Shown: positions 8,185-17,902 of the stretch, piece after piece
How the letters are laid out: each line of letters begins with the position of its first letter
How positions within the stretch are numbered: position 1 is the first letter of the stretch
Source: Actinomycetes bacterium
Lineage (GTDB): Bacteria; Actinomycetota; Acidimicrobiia; Acidimicrobiales; SZUA-35
DNA length: 64,000 nucleotides
Direction: 5' to 3'
NCBI GenBank assembly: GCA_024276425.1
Contig: JAJRXF010000102.1
Span: 20,536 to 84,535 of the forward strand
The notes under the pieces: generated by a model
Databases searched by the model: none
What the model was told of the DNA's origin: nothing
The model's input: the letters and a program-made list of their open reading frames with translations, nothing else
Made by a program: the position numbers and the translations under genes

Positions 8185-10359
8185 CTAGCCCTCGGCTGCG
8201 GTCGTCTCGACCGGTGTTGTCGTAGCTGGGGCGGTCGTCGGAGGCGCCTCGCCGCCTCCGTCCACTGGCGGAATTGGATTTCCGTTCTCATCCACTGGAA
8301 CTGTGGTGGTCGTCACGGGGTTAAAGCAATCTTTGGTTCCGTCTCCGTTCGAGTCAACCATGATGGTTTCTCTGGTTGACCCGCCACGATCAGCGCGGTT
8401 GCAGAAGTCAATCTCTCCTGCAACCTTGAGATAGCGGCCGCCCGAGTAGGGGTCGGGTGGAGGAAACTCAAGCGGTTCAAGATTGGCGTGGTAGTCATTG
8501 TTGAACTGGCCCCACACCTGGGCAGGAACCGTCCCCCCAAAGATCACACGCCACGGCCCGACGTTTCGCATCGGGATCTTCTCATCGGGGTGCCCCATCC
8601 ACACCGCGGTGGTCAGGTATTCGGTGAAGCCCACGAACCATGCGTCCTCACTACTCTGGGTCGTGCCGGTCTTGCCTCCGGCCTGGTGCCCGTTGTCGAG
8701 GCGAGCACGCTTGCCAGTTCCGGCTCGGACATTGCTGATGAGCGTCTCGGTAATCATCCTGGCCGACTGGATAGACAAGGCCCGGCGAGCATCAGAGCGG
8801 TGCTCATAGATGACATTGCCATTGCGGTCCTCGATGCGGTCGATGTACCAAGCCTTGTTGTAAAGCCCATCGTTGGCCATGGCCGCATAGGCCGAGGCCA
8901 TCTCCATGGGGTGGACTTCTTTGGAACCAAGCGGAAGCGAAAGCACCGCATCATCGGGATTGTTGAAGGTGCTGATGCCAAGCCTGCCCGCCACATCGAG
9001 CACCTTGTCGTTGCCAACGACCTGGCCAAGCCGAACGAATGAACAGTTGTTCGATGCTCGCGTCGCTGCCGCAATCGAAATCGTTCCACCCCGTCCACCC
9101 TTTACCTTATAGGGATTCGGGTAGCCACCAGGATTTGGGAAGGTGCAAGGGCTGTCCCCACGAACGGTATCTCGAGGGGTATAGCCGGCCTCGAATAACG
9201 CCGCCAAAACGAATGTCTTCATCGAAGAGCCAGGCTGGCGGGTGCCGTCAGTTGTGAGGTTGAACTGCTCACGGGAAAACTCGGTACCACCAACCATGGC
9301 TCGCACCGCGCCGGTGTGAGTGTCAACGGCCGCAATGGCAAGGGTGAAGCCGCGATCATCCACCGGCAAAAGGTCGTTCTTGGCCTTGACTGCCATTGCC
9401 TGAGCCTCAAGATCGAAGGTGGTAAAGACGTTGAGCCCACCGAAGTAGACGGCGTTGAACCGCTCGTCGTAGGTGGAGCCGATGGGAATATCTGGATTGG
9501 AGAGGAGTTCTTGCAACGCCTCTTCAACAAAATAGTCGGTTGGCTTGATGTCGAAGGGGGTCTGGCGTTCTGCGGGCAGAGGGGCTCGCTTGATCCGAGC
9601 ACCCTGATTCTCATCTATAAGATCTCTCGCCACCAACACATCAACCACCGTTGCGCGGCGGCGGCGTGCCGTTTTGGCGTCTCTGGTTGGATCGTTGTCC
9701 CGAGGGTTGCGGATGAGTCCGGCAAGAAGAGCGGCTTCCTCCCAACCAAGTTCGCTGGCATCCTCATAACCCCAGTACGTCTCAGCCGCAGCCTGAACTC
9801 CGTATGCGCCGGCACCAAAGTAGATGGTATTGAGATAGCGCTCAAGGATCTGGTCTTTGGTGAATTGCCGCTCGAGTCGAAGGGCATAAAAGGCCTCTGT
9901 ACTCTTGCGATCTAGATCTTGCGCCGATGTCAGAAACGATTGTTTGACCAACTGTTGGGTAATGGTCGACCCACCCTGAGCAATGCCACCAGCATTAATG
10001 TTTTCGATCAGAGCCCGAAACACCGCTCGGTAGTTGACCCCGGCATGGTCGTAAAAGTCGGCGTCTTCCATGGCCAAGATGGCACTAATCACTGGCTGAG
10101 GAATGTCATCCAATGCGATCGTCTCTCGGTTCTTTTCTTCAACCAGGAAGGTAAGAAACGTCCCATCGGATGCATACATGGACGAGCGGATCTCTAGATC
10201 CTCAAGCTCAAGTTCGGCCGCGGTGTTCTCGGTAATGGTGGCCACAGTCGCCAACTGTGGGCCGATACTCAGCATTGTGGCCGCGGCCACCACGCTGATG
10301 GCCAGCATGATCAGCCCGAGTGAGGTAAAGCGCTTCGCAAGGCGCAGTAGGAACAGCAC
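8185..10359 (-). CDS. Class A penicillin-binding protein (GT51 transglycosylase + transpeptidase)
   Basis: GT51 motifs ILAMEDADFYDHAGV and GGSTITQQLVK. Transpeptidase motifs SSMK (SxxK), SNN and KTGTT. N-terminal TM anchor and a Pro/Thr-rich tail. Confidence 0.92.
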   Translation of the reverse strand: MLFLLRLAKRFTSLGLIMLAISVVAAATMLSIGPQLATVATITENTAAELELEDLEIRSSMYASDGTFLTFLVEEKNRETIALDDIPQPVISAILAMEDADFYDHAGVNYRAVFRALIENINAGGIAQGGSTITQQLVKQSFLTSAQDLDRKSTEAFYALRLERQFTKDQILERYLNTIYFGAGAYGVQAAAETYWGYEDASELGWEEAALLAGLIRNPRDNDPTRDAKTARRRRATVVDVLVARDLIDENQGARIKRAPLPAERQTPFDIKPTDYFVEEALQELLSNPDIPIGSTYDERFNAVYFGGLNVFTTFDLEAQAMAVKAKNDLLPVDDRGFTLAIAAVDTHTGAVRAMVGGTEFSREQFNLTTDGTRQPGSSMKTFVLAALFEAGYTPRDTVRGDSPCTFPNPGGYPNPYKVKGGRGGTISIAAATRASNNCSFVRLGQVVGNDKVLDVAGRLGISTFNNPDDAVLSLPLGSKEVHPMEMASAYAAMANDGLYNKAWYIDRIEDRNGNVIYEHRSDARRALSIQSARMITETLISNVRAGTGKRARLDNGHQAGGKTGTTQSSEDAWFVGFTEYLTTAVWMGHPDEKIPMRNVGPWRVIFGGTVPAQVWGQFNNDYHANLEPLEFPPPDPYSGGRYLKVAGEIDFCNRADRGGSTRETIMVDSNGDGTKDCFNPVTTTTVPVDENGNPIPPVDGGGEAPPTTAPATTTPVETTAAEG

Positions 10360-10445
10360 GAGGCACCAGGGTAGTCAGATCGCCAACCAATGTCGGGTCA
10401 CTACATTACGAGCCATCGGATGCGCGGCCCAAGTACAAAAGAAAC

Positions 10446-11315
10446 TCAGTTGGCTGGGGCCGAAAAAGGATCGCCATTGATCACCCGAGCGGCACCAAAG
10501 ACGGCCTCGGCCGGACCGGTTGAGGATGAAACGTCAGTTACCGCGAGGCCAAAGAGTGGGCCTCCAAAATGGTCTCCGAGGACGACCATGGTTACCAACT
10601 GGTCCTCTACCATCGCCTGGCCAACAAATTGCACGTCAAAGTCGATGTCGCAAATCTCAGCCGCTGCGTGGGCGATGGCGGTTGGGGCATCCTCGGCCAC
10701 GGCCGCTCCGTGTCGCCGGTCGTCGGAGCTTCCAAGGCGCACGTCGGCCAATACCCCGTCACTAGACTCTTGACTTAGCACCCGGATGGTGCTGTCTGGA
10801 GGGATAAGGAGAGACTCACCGAGTGCTGAACCAATGGAACGCACGAGCCGCCCGATCGTCTGAACTTCGTTCTGACCAAAGGGCCGATCTCGAATGACTG
10901 CGGCCGCCATTGGGCCATCCGAACTGGATTGGCGGCACAGTAGAAAGCTGTAGCCGCCGACCTCATCTTGGATTTGGCCATCCTCACCAGAGTCCAGTTG
11001 GGTCCAAAGTCGGCCACAAACTTCAAACATGAGCGGATCAACACCTGACCAACTGGCCGGCACCTTGGATGCGATTGTGGCCAGTTTGCCTGCGCCGTCG
11101 CGACGGGCGATCACCACACCTTCGCTTCGAAAGGCCGCCGCGATCGATGAGATGGCGAGTTCGGTGACCATGCCACGCACCTCTGGGGAGCGCCTGACCT
11201 TCTGGGAGCTAAGCAAGTCAGTCAGGCCCAGGGTCGGGGCTACATCACGCGTCTCTCCGAGGATCCCCGCGAGACCCTTTCCCAATCCAGTTGAAGTAGC
11301 TTTATGACCGGTCAC
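10446..11315 (-). CDS. Hypothetical protein with a ParB-type N-terminal peptide (GLGKGLAGILGE) and two GAF-like/unknown domains
   Basis: GTG 11315 is preceded by AGGAG (6-nt spacer). 289 aa with no recognisable catalytic motif and no ParB/Srx GERRxRA box. Confidence 0.65.
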   Translation of the reverse strand: MTGHKATSTGLGKGLAGILGETRDVAPTLGLTDLLSSQKVRRSPEVRGMVTELAISSIAAAFRSEGVVIARRDGAGKLATIASKVPASWSGVDPLMFEVCGRLWTQLDSGEDGQIQDEVGGYSFLLCRQSSSDGPMAAAVIRDRPFGQNEVQTIGRLVRSIGSALGESLLIPPDSTIRVLSQESSDGVLADVRLGSSDDRRHGAAVAEDAPTAIAHAAAEICDIDFDVQFVGQAMVEDQLVTMVVLGDHFGGPLFGLAVTDVSSSTGPAEAVFGAARVINGDPFSAPAN

Positions 11316-11409
11316 CGCTTGCTCCTAGGGGCGATAGGCGAATATCAGCGACGTCGGGATGTGAACGACTCTAGTCAACCATCGACCCCACAGGTGACCA
11401 TCTGAAGTG

Positions 11410-12249
11410 TTAACCACAACGAGAGCTCGCAGTATTTGATTGTTGAATGATCTCCAACCAACTCGCCGACGAATCGTCTTCATCAATCATCCAAGACCGG
11501 ATCGATTCGACCGGAATGGCCAGCGTCAGCTCCGTGACTCGATCAAACCCTTGGAGGATGGCGATGACTTCACCATCGGAGTTGAGCACCGGTCCCCCAC
11601 TGAAGCCACCCTTTGTAACCTCGTCAATGAGCATCACGGGTCCGCTAATTCCGTAAGGACCGCCGTTGGAATAGCCGTGGACTCGGCCAAGGACGAGGTC
11701 AGTTTCACCACCATCCGCATGCCCCGCGAGCAGGAGTGCATCGCCAATGTTTGGGTTCCGGCTCGCCAAGGTCAACTCTGTCCAAACCCAGGGCGCTTGC
11801 ACAACATCACTAGTCGGCACAGCATCACTAGTCGGCACAGCATCACTGGTCGGCACAGCCGAGACCAGAGCAAGATCAACGTCCTCACCCTTTCGTTGGA
11901 CCGTGCCAAGAACGATCCGACTCCCAAGTTCGATCTTCACCGTCGAAGCACCCTCCACCATGTGACGGTTTGTGAGAAGTTGGCCATCGACCAAGAAGCC
12001 ACTGCCAAGCAAGAACCCATCACAAGTGTTGGCCGATACTCGAGCCGTTGCTGCCAGGGCCAGTGAACCCACCTCGACTTGTTTCTGACTCGACATCGAC
12101 AGCATCGGGGGCTTGGGCCCTGCATCACTCAGAGGTGGGTTGATTCGATAGCCCGACTGAGCTGGCACAGCCCCGACCAGGAACATTAGACCAAGGCCGG
12201 TGAGAGCCCAGGCTCCTACTGCCACCGCGACCGAACGACCAACTTCCAC
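11410..12249 (-). CDS. Trypsin-like (S1C/HtrA-like) serine protease, membrane-anchored or secreted
   Basis: His region GSGFLVDGQLLTNRHMVEG, Asp region DVDLALV, Ser region GGFSGGPVLNSDGEVIAILQG, plus an N-terminal TM/signal segment. Confidence 0.8.
   Translation of the reverse strand: MEVGRSVAVAVGAWALTGLGLMFLVGAVPAQSGYRINPPLSDAGPKPPMLSMSSQKQVEVGSLALAATARVSANTCDGFLLGSGFLVDGQLLTNRHMVEGASTVKIELGSRIVLGTVQRKGEDVDLALVSAVPTSDAVPTSDAVPTSDVVQAPWVWTELTLASRNPNIGDALLLAGHADGGETDLVLGRVHGYSNGGPYGISGPVMLIDEVTKGGFSGGPVLNSDGEVIAILQGFDRVTELTLAIPVESIRSWMIDEDDSSASWLEIIQQSNTASSRCG
11805..11858. repeat. 18-nt x3 in-frame tandem repeat (CATCACTAGTCGGCACAG) encoding AVPTSD x3 inside the protease
   Basis: Three adjacent 18-mers. 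Copies 1 and 2 are identical and copy 3 has one substitution. Confidence 0.9.
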
Positions 12250-12314
12250 TCAATTGACCGTAGGTTTCGGGGGAAGGGATGTGGATAGCAAACCAACCCA
12301 ACACGATGGGCCAT

Positions 12315-12776
12315 TTAGCGCATTCTGCCCTCGGGGTAGGACGTGGCTGAGTGCCCAGCGCGGTTGGCGCATTGCAACTTGTACACAATGTCAGTCGTGA
12401 GCGCCTCGAACTCGTCGCTCATCTTGAAGAACGAAACACCAATGAGTTGGTCGCCCTTCATGTCTGGGTGTTCTTTGGGGCGCATGTTGTGCACTTCAAC
12501 TATGGCATCGGTGCCATGAAACTCGAATTTCACCCGCATTCCAATGGTTAACTTCTTGGAACTCGGAGCCTCAATCATCAAGCCGGTCATGGATATTTCG
12601 GTGATCTGGACCTCGACGGGTGCTGCGCGTCCGGTTAAGGCTTTGCGGCGGCTGGGTGGGAACCATATCGCTGGCAACGGAGGGGTCGGATACCGTTCGG
12701 CAAGCCGCGGGAATACGTCGGGTAGCCGCGCATCGTGCTTGTCGAAGAACTTATTCACTCTTTTAATGTCGGCCAA
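12315..12776 (-). CDS. Hypothetical protein with a degenerate PilZ-like core (tentative)
   Basis: SRRKALTGR ... EISMTG loosely fits RxxxR ... (D/N)xSxxG, followed by a beta-rich segment. The spacing is shorter than in canonical PilZ. Confidence 0.55.
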   Translation of the reverse strand: MADIKRVNKFFDKHDARLPDVFPRLAERYPTPPLPAIWFPPSRRKALTGRAAPVEVQITEISMTGLMIEAPSSKKLTIGMRVKFEFHGTDAIVEVHNMRPKEHPDMKGDQLIGVSFFKMSDEFEALTTDIVYKLQCANRAGHSATSYPEGRMR

Positions 12777-12848
12777 CTATTGACCTGTCCGAATAGGCCA
12801 TTGGTCCTGGCTTTTCGCAACAGTTGTAGGGGTATGGCCGCAGAGGTC

Positions 12849-15788
12849 CTAGTCATTCACCCTTCGAACGCGGATCCGTTGGTCGGTGGGAAACATGGAT
12901 CTCGCCATGGCCGCAACCTCAGATTGGGTGATCCTTTGGAGAAGTTGGAGGGCCTCGCCTCTGGTGTAGGGGTCGATTGGGTCCTCACTCGCTGCGTCAA
13001 TGGCCATCAACATCAATTGGAAGTTGTTGATCAGTTCATAGTCAGACGTGGAGATGGCAACCGCCCGCTGGAACTCATCGACGCTCGGTCCGTTGCGGGC
13101 CAGATCTTCTATCTCTTCCAGTACCACTTGCTCAATCTGATCGAGCCGGTCAGGATCACCATTGACGATGACAAAGACTTCAACGACCTCATCGGGAACT
13201 ACTGAGGTCGTTGGGTAGACGTTGCCTCCATAGGTTGCCCCAAGATCCTCTCGAATTGCATCAAAGAGGCGAGCCTGAAGAATGTTTCCAACAAGTTCAA
13301 CCGCTAAGTCCGTCCGCTCGCTCACCGGCATCTCGACCGAGAAGAGAAAATCGACGCCGGCTCCAGAGGAATCGGCTCCTGCGCTCACCTCAACCTCGAT
13401 CAAGTCGGCTGGCGGTTCGTTCCAGTGATCAACAAAACTATCGGAGGCTCCGGCCGGCAGCGTCCCGACGTAGGTCTGAAGTAGCAATTCAGCGGTTTGA
13501 GCATCGATGTCTCCAACAAGGGCAACAACAAGATCGTCAACCTTACCCAATCGTTGCTCGTAGAGATCGAGGGCGTCGCTTGCGTCAAGCCCCTCGATAC
13601 GGGCCAAGTCGGGGACAATGACTTCATAAGGGTCACCGGAGTATCGAGCATCGAGCATGGCGGCGAAGGACAGGCTAGAGGGGTCGATGGCGGAGTTTTC
13701 CGCCTCAATCTTGGCGGACTGAACCGCGGATCTGAACGCCACGTCATCCACCCTGGGATCGGTAACCAAGAGGCTGAGAAGTTGGAACATTAGTTCGGCA
13801 TCATCGGTCGCGGCATTTCCGAAGAAACCCTCCTCGGTTTCATCGATATAGGGAGAAAGCGACACAACTGATCCGGCGAGAAGGCGGTCGAGTTGCACTC
13901 TGTCGATCTCAGCTAGGCCGCTACTGCTGACTGCCTCAGTCACCAATCCCATGAGGGGTCCATCGCCGGGTTCGAGGGTTGACCACCCACCAAAGGATCG
14001 GGCCAGCAAGTCTACGGAGCCTTCCGAGATCGTCGAGGGAACAAAAACTCCCGTTGCTCCGTTGTCGAAACGGATGGCAAACCCATCAACCTCACGGATC
14101 TCGATGCGATCACCCTCATCATCGATCCGGGGAACCGTCATCAACTCATCAATCGCCTCGATCTGGGCCGCCTCACCGGCATTCGATCCCTTCTCGATGC
14201 CAGCCGCCACGGCCGCTTCGAGTTCGGCGACGCTTGGAACAATGTCATCGTCCGGGCCAAGGCCCACCACGAGCGGGGCTGACAAGCTCATCAGGTACTG
14301 GAAGTAGTTGGTGAGTTCCTGGGCGGTAAAACTCTCGAACATAGCCGTGACGCGAGCATGCCAGTCCTCAACTGAGCTTGCTTCGGTTCCAGATAAGAAG
14401 TTGGCGACATAGAGGTTTGCGAACTCACTGTCTTGCGTGGTGTCTGCGGACGCAAGACGCTGGTCGGCCCAGGCCTGAAATTCACCGATGGCACGATCAA
14501 GTTCATCCTGGGTGACCCCGTTGACCTCGACGGTTCGCAACGCGCCAAGCACGTCTTCGGTGGCGGCCACCAAGTCATCGCCAGTAAAGTTCAGTCCGAG
14601 AAACCACAAGTTGCGGGTGTAGTCAAAGGAGCCAATGGATGCTTCGAGGGCTCGGATTTCGCCTTGTTCGATTCCCTCATCAAAGCGGTTCTGGATCACC
14701 TGGATCAGCACCTCTCCAAGCATGATGAGCCGCTCCCCCCCGATGGTTCCCGCGTCCCAGGTTGGAATCCAGTAGTCGAGAGAAATCGCAGGACGTGTCA
14801 TCTCCTCGTGGACGTAGCGGTCAACAACCGGGGTGTCGATGGGAGCGACCTCTATATCAGGCCGTTCGATAGCGTCACTTCGGCCAGCAAAATCGGAGAA
14901 CCGACTCGTGACCTCTTGTTCCATCTGATCGAGGGTAAGGTCACCCACGACAATGACAGCCATCAGGTCTGGGCGGTACCAGCGGTCGTAGAAGCGTCGG
15001 GCATCTTGTGCGGTCGTGCTCAGGATGCCCTCAGTGGAACCAATGGTGAAGTATCCGGCATAGTCCGAGCCTTTGGTGTAGATCTCGTCGAACAGCAATG
15101 CGGACTGAGCACTTCCCGACTCAACCCGGACGCGACGCTCCTCTCGGAGGACACCTCGCTCGTCGATGACGGCCTGCTCATCCAGGGTGGCGGCTATGGC
15201 CCAGTCAGCCAATACATCAAAAGCTTCGGTAACCGAGGAAGGGTCAGTGGCCACCGTTAGTTCATAGACCGTCTCGTCATAGCTGGTGTAGGCGTTGATG
15301 TCTGGGCCGATCTCCAGTCCGAGCCGCTGAAGCACTGGGTCGAGTGAGTTGTCTGGGTATTTATCGGTCCCGTTGAACATCATGTGTTCGACAAAATGGG
15401 CCAGTCCCGAATCGGGCTGGTCCTGTAGTGCAGAACCGGCGTCGACTGCCAGCCGCAGTTCGAGCCGCTGGCCTGGGGCGCGGTTCCGTCGCAGGTAGTA
15501 GGTGAGCCCGTTGTCCAACTGGCCAACACGAACAGCTTCATCCATTGGGATTGGGGTTGGGTCCGGATCGGGTTCGATCGAGTCGAGGGTCGATCCAAGG
15601 CCTGGCAATCCCGCACCGTCTTCAGGGCCACCATCGGCGTCGGCGGTCGTGGGAGTGGTGGAGTCGAACGCGTCATCGCCGTTGGACGAGGCGGTGCAGG
15701 CACCAGCGACTAGGGCTAACACGACCACTCCGATGAGCCACCGAGCCAGACCTCGATCTCGTTGGCTTCGTGGTGTTGTTGCCACCAT
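12849..15788 (-). CDS. M16 (pitrilysin/insulinase) family zinc peptidase, double-length, probable lipoprotein
   Basis: Inverted zinc motif HFVEHMMFNGT (HxxEH). N-terminal LALVAGAC lipobox-like signal. 979 aa with a repeated M16 fold. Confidence 0.9.
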   Translation of the reverse strand: MVATTPRSQRDRGLARWLIGVVVLALVAGACTASSNGDDAFDSTTPTTADADGGPEDGAGLPGLGSTLDSIEPDPDPTPIPMDEAVRVGQLDNGLTYYLRRNRAPGQRLELRLAVDAGSALQDQPDSGLAHFVEHMMFNGTDKYPDNSLDPVLQRLGLEIGPDINAYTSYDETVYELTVATDPSSVTEAFDVLADWAIAATLDEQAVIDERGVLREERRVRVESGSAQSALLFDEIYTKGSDYAGYFTIGSTEGILSTTAQDARRFYDRWYRPDLMAVIVVGDLTLDQMEQEVTSRFSDFAGRSDAIERPDIEVAPIDTPVVDRYVHEEMTRPAISLDYWIPTWDAGTIGGERLIMLGEVLIQVIQNRFDEGIEQGEIRALEASIGSFDYTRNLWFLGLNFTGDDLVAATEDVLGALRTVEVNGVTQDELDRAIGEFQAWADQRLASADTTQDSEFANLYVANFLSGTEASSVEDWHARVTAMFESFTAQELTNYFQYLMSLSAPLVVGLGPDDDIVPSVAELEAAVAAGIEKGSNAGEAAQIEAIDELMTVPRIDDEGDRIEIREVDGFAIRFDNGATGVFVPSTISEGSVDLLARSFGGWSTLEPGDGPLMGLVTEAVSSSGLAEIDRVQLDRLLAGSVVSLSPYIDETEEGFFGNAATDDAELMFQLLSLLVTDPRVDDVAFRSAVQSAKIEAENSAIDPSSLSFAAMLDARYSGDPYEVIVPDLARIEGLDASDALDLYEQRLGKVDDLVVALVGDIDAQTAELLLQTYVGTLPAGASDSFVDHWNEPPADLIEVEVSAGADSSGAGVDFLFSVEMPVSERTDLAVELVGNILQARLFDAIREDLGATYGGNVYPTTSVVPDEVVEVFVIVNGDPDRLDQIEQVVLEEIEDLARNGPSVDEFQRAVAISTSDYELINNFQLMLMAIDAASEDPIDPYTRGEALQLLQRITQSEVAAMARSMFPTDQRIRVRRVND

Positions 15789-15970
15789 TGGCTGCCTCCC
15801 TCTTCCTAACCGTTCTGACCCCGTCGGTCAGAACCGGCTGGAGTCAAGATAAACCGCCCGGCATAGCCAGGTGGGAACGGCAGCAACCTAACAGGCTTCT
15901 GCCGGCTAGCGACCATCCGCTTCGGATGCCTCCAATGTCGGTCTGAGGGTCCAGCCTCATCCAATTCGTG

Positions 15971-16885
15971 TTACCTGGCCGGGCGCGAGGACAACTTCGG
16001 CTTGGGGTGCAGCGGCCACAGGACAGGGAACCAGTCTTCCCGCATGCGCTCACCGGGATCGAGTCCCAGATTGTCCAACGGCGGCGAGGTTTCGCCAAGG
16101 CGGCTGACAAAGCGAACATCGTCGCCCAACCAGCGCGTCGAGAAGGCTCTGCGTCGCGTCGTGATGGGGGCGTCTCCCGCGCCATGCAGGGTTCGAAAGT
16201 CAAACAAGATAGCGTCTCCTGGTTGGAGCGGTTTGACCAGAACCTCGGACTGCTCGATTTTGGGGACCGGGGTCATCGAGGGGTCTTTCGATTCGTACTC
16301 GGAGCCATCGGAGAAGACCCGGGGTCGGTGGAGTTGTTGGGACTTGTGAGAGCCGGGGACGAATCGAACTGCGGTATCTTGGTCGATGTGGTCCAGGGCA
16401 ACATAAACGCTGACCGTTTGTCTGCCGTCCACGCAATAGTACGGAAGGTCCTGGTGCCAGGGGGTCGACTTTTGGGTTCCCGCTTCCTTGCTGAAGGCGT
16501 GCTCGTGGAAGAACTGGGCGGTCTGTGACCCCATGATGGTGGCGGCCACGGAAGCGGCGGCCGATGTCAGGACGAAGGCAAGGTATTCGGGGATGAGTTG
16601 CCAGTTGCAGTAGCTGTCGAAGAAGCGGCCCGGTTCATCGCCCAGGGTGCTGTCGCAAGGGAACGCGTAGGCATCCGGCGATTCAAGGTTTCGTTGCAGA
16701 CCTGCCCGTAGAGGCTCAACCCATTCAGTAAAGGTGCCCGGCAAGTAGACGACACCGTTGGTTGCGTATTCCTCGACCAGGGCCGGATCAAGGTCGGCCG
16801 CCGGACGGTTCGTGGCATTGGCTAGGGGCCGAGCATCATCGAGTACCCGCCACTCCATGCCAGCTTGGTTCCCTACTGTGACCAC
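15971..16885 (-). CDS. Phytanoyl-CoA dioxygenase (PhyH) family Fe(II)/2-oxoglutarate oxygenase
   Basis: WHQDLPYY (HxD) and FDFRTLHGAG motifs. GTG 16885 is preceded by GGAG (7-nt spacer). Confidence 0.85.
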   Translation of the reverse strand: MVTVGNQAGMEWRVLDDARPLANATNRPAADLDPALVEEYATNGVVYLPGTFTEWVEPLRAGLQRNLESPDAYAFPCDSTLGDEPGRFFDSYCNWQLIPEYLAFVLTSAAASVAATIMGSQTAQFFHEHAFSKEAGTQKSTPWHQDLPYYCVDGRQTVSVYVALDHIDQDTAVRFVPGSHKSQQLHRPRVFSDGSEYESKDPSMTPVPKIEQSEVLVKPLQPGDAILFDFRTLHGAGDAPITTRRRAFSTRWLGDDVRFVSRLGETSPPLDNLGLDPGERMREDWFPVLWPLHPKPKLSSRPAR

Positions 16886-17086
16886 CGTTGGTCTCCCCCT
16901 CCAATTCGATTCCCCCTCGGGCCTGCCATTGTAGCCCCAGCGCCGAAACTCCGGTTTGAGCTGTCCCGAAGGGATTGCTCAATACGTGGCCCTAATAGGA
17001 CAACTTTCACACCGGCTGAAGATTTGAAGCCAGGATGTTTACGAGCCCTCAGCGAGGAAAATCGGGTTTGAACGAAGTTCAATACG

Positions 17087-17160
17087 TGGGTGATGAGGGA
17101 TTCGAACCCCCGACCCTCTCGGTGTAAACGAGATGCTCTAGCCAACTGAGCTAATCACCC
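17087..17160 (-). tRNA. tRNA-Val (anticodon TAC)
   Basis: Cloverleaf GGGTGAT-TA-GCTC..GAGC-A-TCTCG-TTTACAC-CGAGA-GGGTC-GGGGG-TTCGAAT-CCCTC-ATCACCC-A, 74 nt. Confidence 0.95.
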
Positions 17161-17385
17161 GGGAGGCAGCAGCCTAGCGGCTTGGTCTGCTCGACCAGAC
17201 CACACCGATCGCTCCAAATCACCACCGTCTGGGTCGATCGGCCCACGCGGCGTCACCGCCCTTGAGTCATCTTGGGTCATGTTGCCAAACGTGTGTCTTT
17301 TCGTCACCGCTCTGTGACCTTTTGGAAACAGGAACGCCGATTCTGCTTTCTACGCTACGGGAGCCATTCGAGATCGAAATCCAAG

Positions 17386-17892
17386 ATGCTTCACGTTCCC
17401 TCAACTGAACACCTCCATCGAGTGAGGTTGTACGCCATACTTGCCGCGCTCTTGGCTATGGCAACAATGACGGCCACTCTCTATCGGTCTCAAGGCGACG
17501 CCAGCATTGGCCTGTCTGTCGATGATCATCTTGGCCAAGGCGGCAACGGCTCGCTCGCCATCAACGGACAGGTCTATGACTTCTCTGCGGAGCACTGCGT
17601 AGTCACCGAGGACAATTTCATCGCCACTGGATCCGGCACAATCGGCACGGACAGTTTTCGAATCGCTGCTTCGATCAGTTCGGTCGAATTGACCGTAGGA
17701 CCTCAAGACGCCGACAACCCTGGTGAGTTCGGCCAGGATGCTTTGCGACTCCGTTCCGAAGAACCACCCGTTTGGCAATCCAATGACAACAATGTGTCCG
17801 CGACGGTTGCACTGGTCGATCCTTCCCGCCCCGAATCCTTGATTTTTAACGGTCAACTCCAGGTGAACTGCCCGGCCTCCCAGCAGGACTAG
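17386..17892 (+). CDS. Hypothetical secreted or membrane-anchored protein
   Basis: From the internal ATG the product starts MLHVPSTEHLHRVRLYAILAALLAMATMTATL (TM/signal). The upstream 38 codons of the track ORF look non-coding. Weak SD. Confidence 0.5.
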   Translation: MLHVPSTEHLHRVRLYAILAALLAMATMTATLYRSQGDASIGLSVDDHLGQGGNGSLAINGQVYDFSAEHCVVTEDNFIATGSGTIGTDSFRIAASISSVELTVGPQDADNPGEFGQDALRLRSEEPPVWQSNDNNVSATVALVDPSRPESLIFNGQLQVNCPASQQD

Positions 17893-17902
17893 ACAAGCAG
17901 GC

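Noticed and set aside
17068-17082. TTGAAC-GAA-GTTCAA dyad next to tRNA-Val, considered as a second LexA box
   Set aside because: The spacing is GAAC-N3-GTTC, not N4. It sits immediately 3' of the tRNA and is more simply a small post-tRNA hairpin followed by a short T run on the transcribed strand.
16873-17145. 90-aa ORF overlapping tRNA-Val, and the 176-aa ORF 32651..33181 overlapping tRNA-Asn and antisense to sigA
   Set aside because: Both read straight through tRNA sequences, and their translations are simply the tRNA arms. No independent coding evidence.
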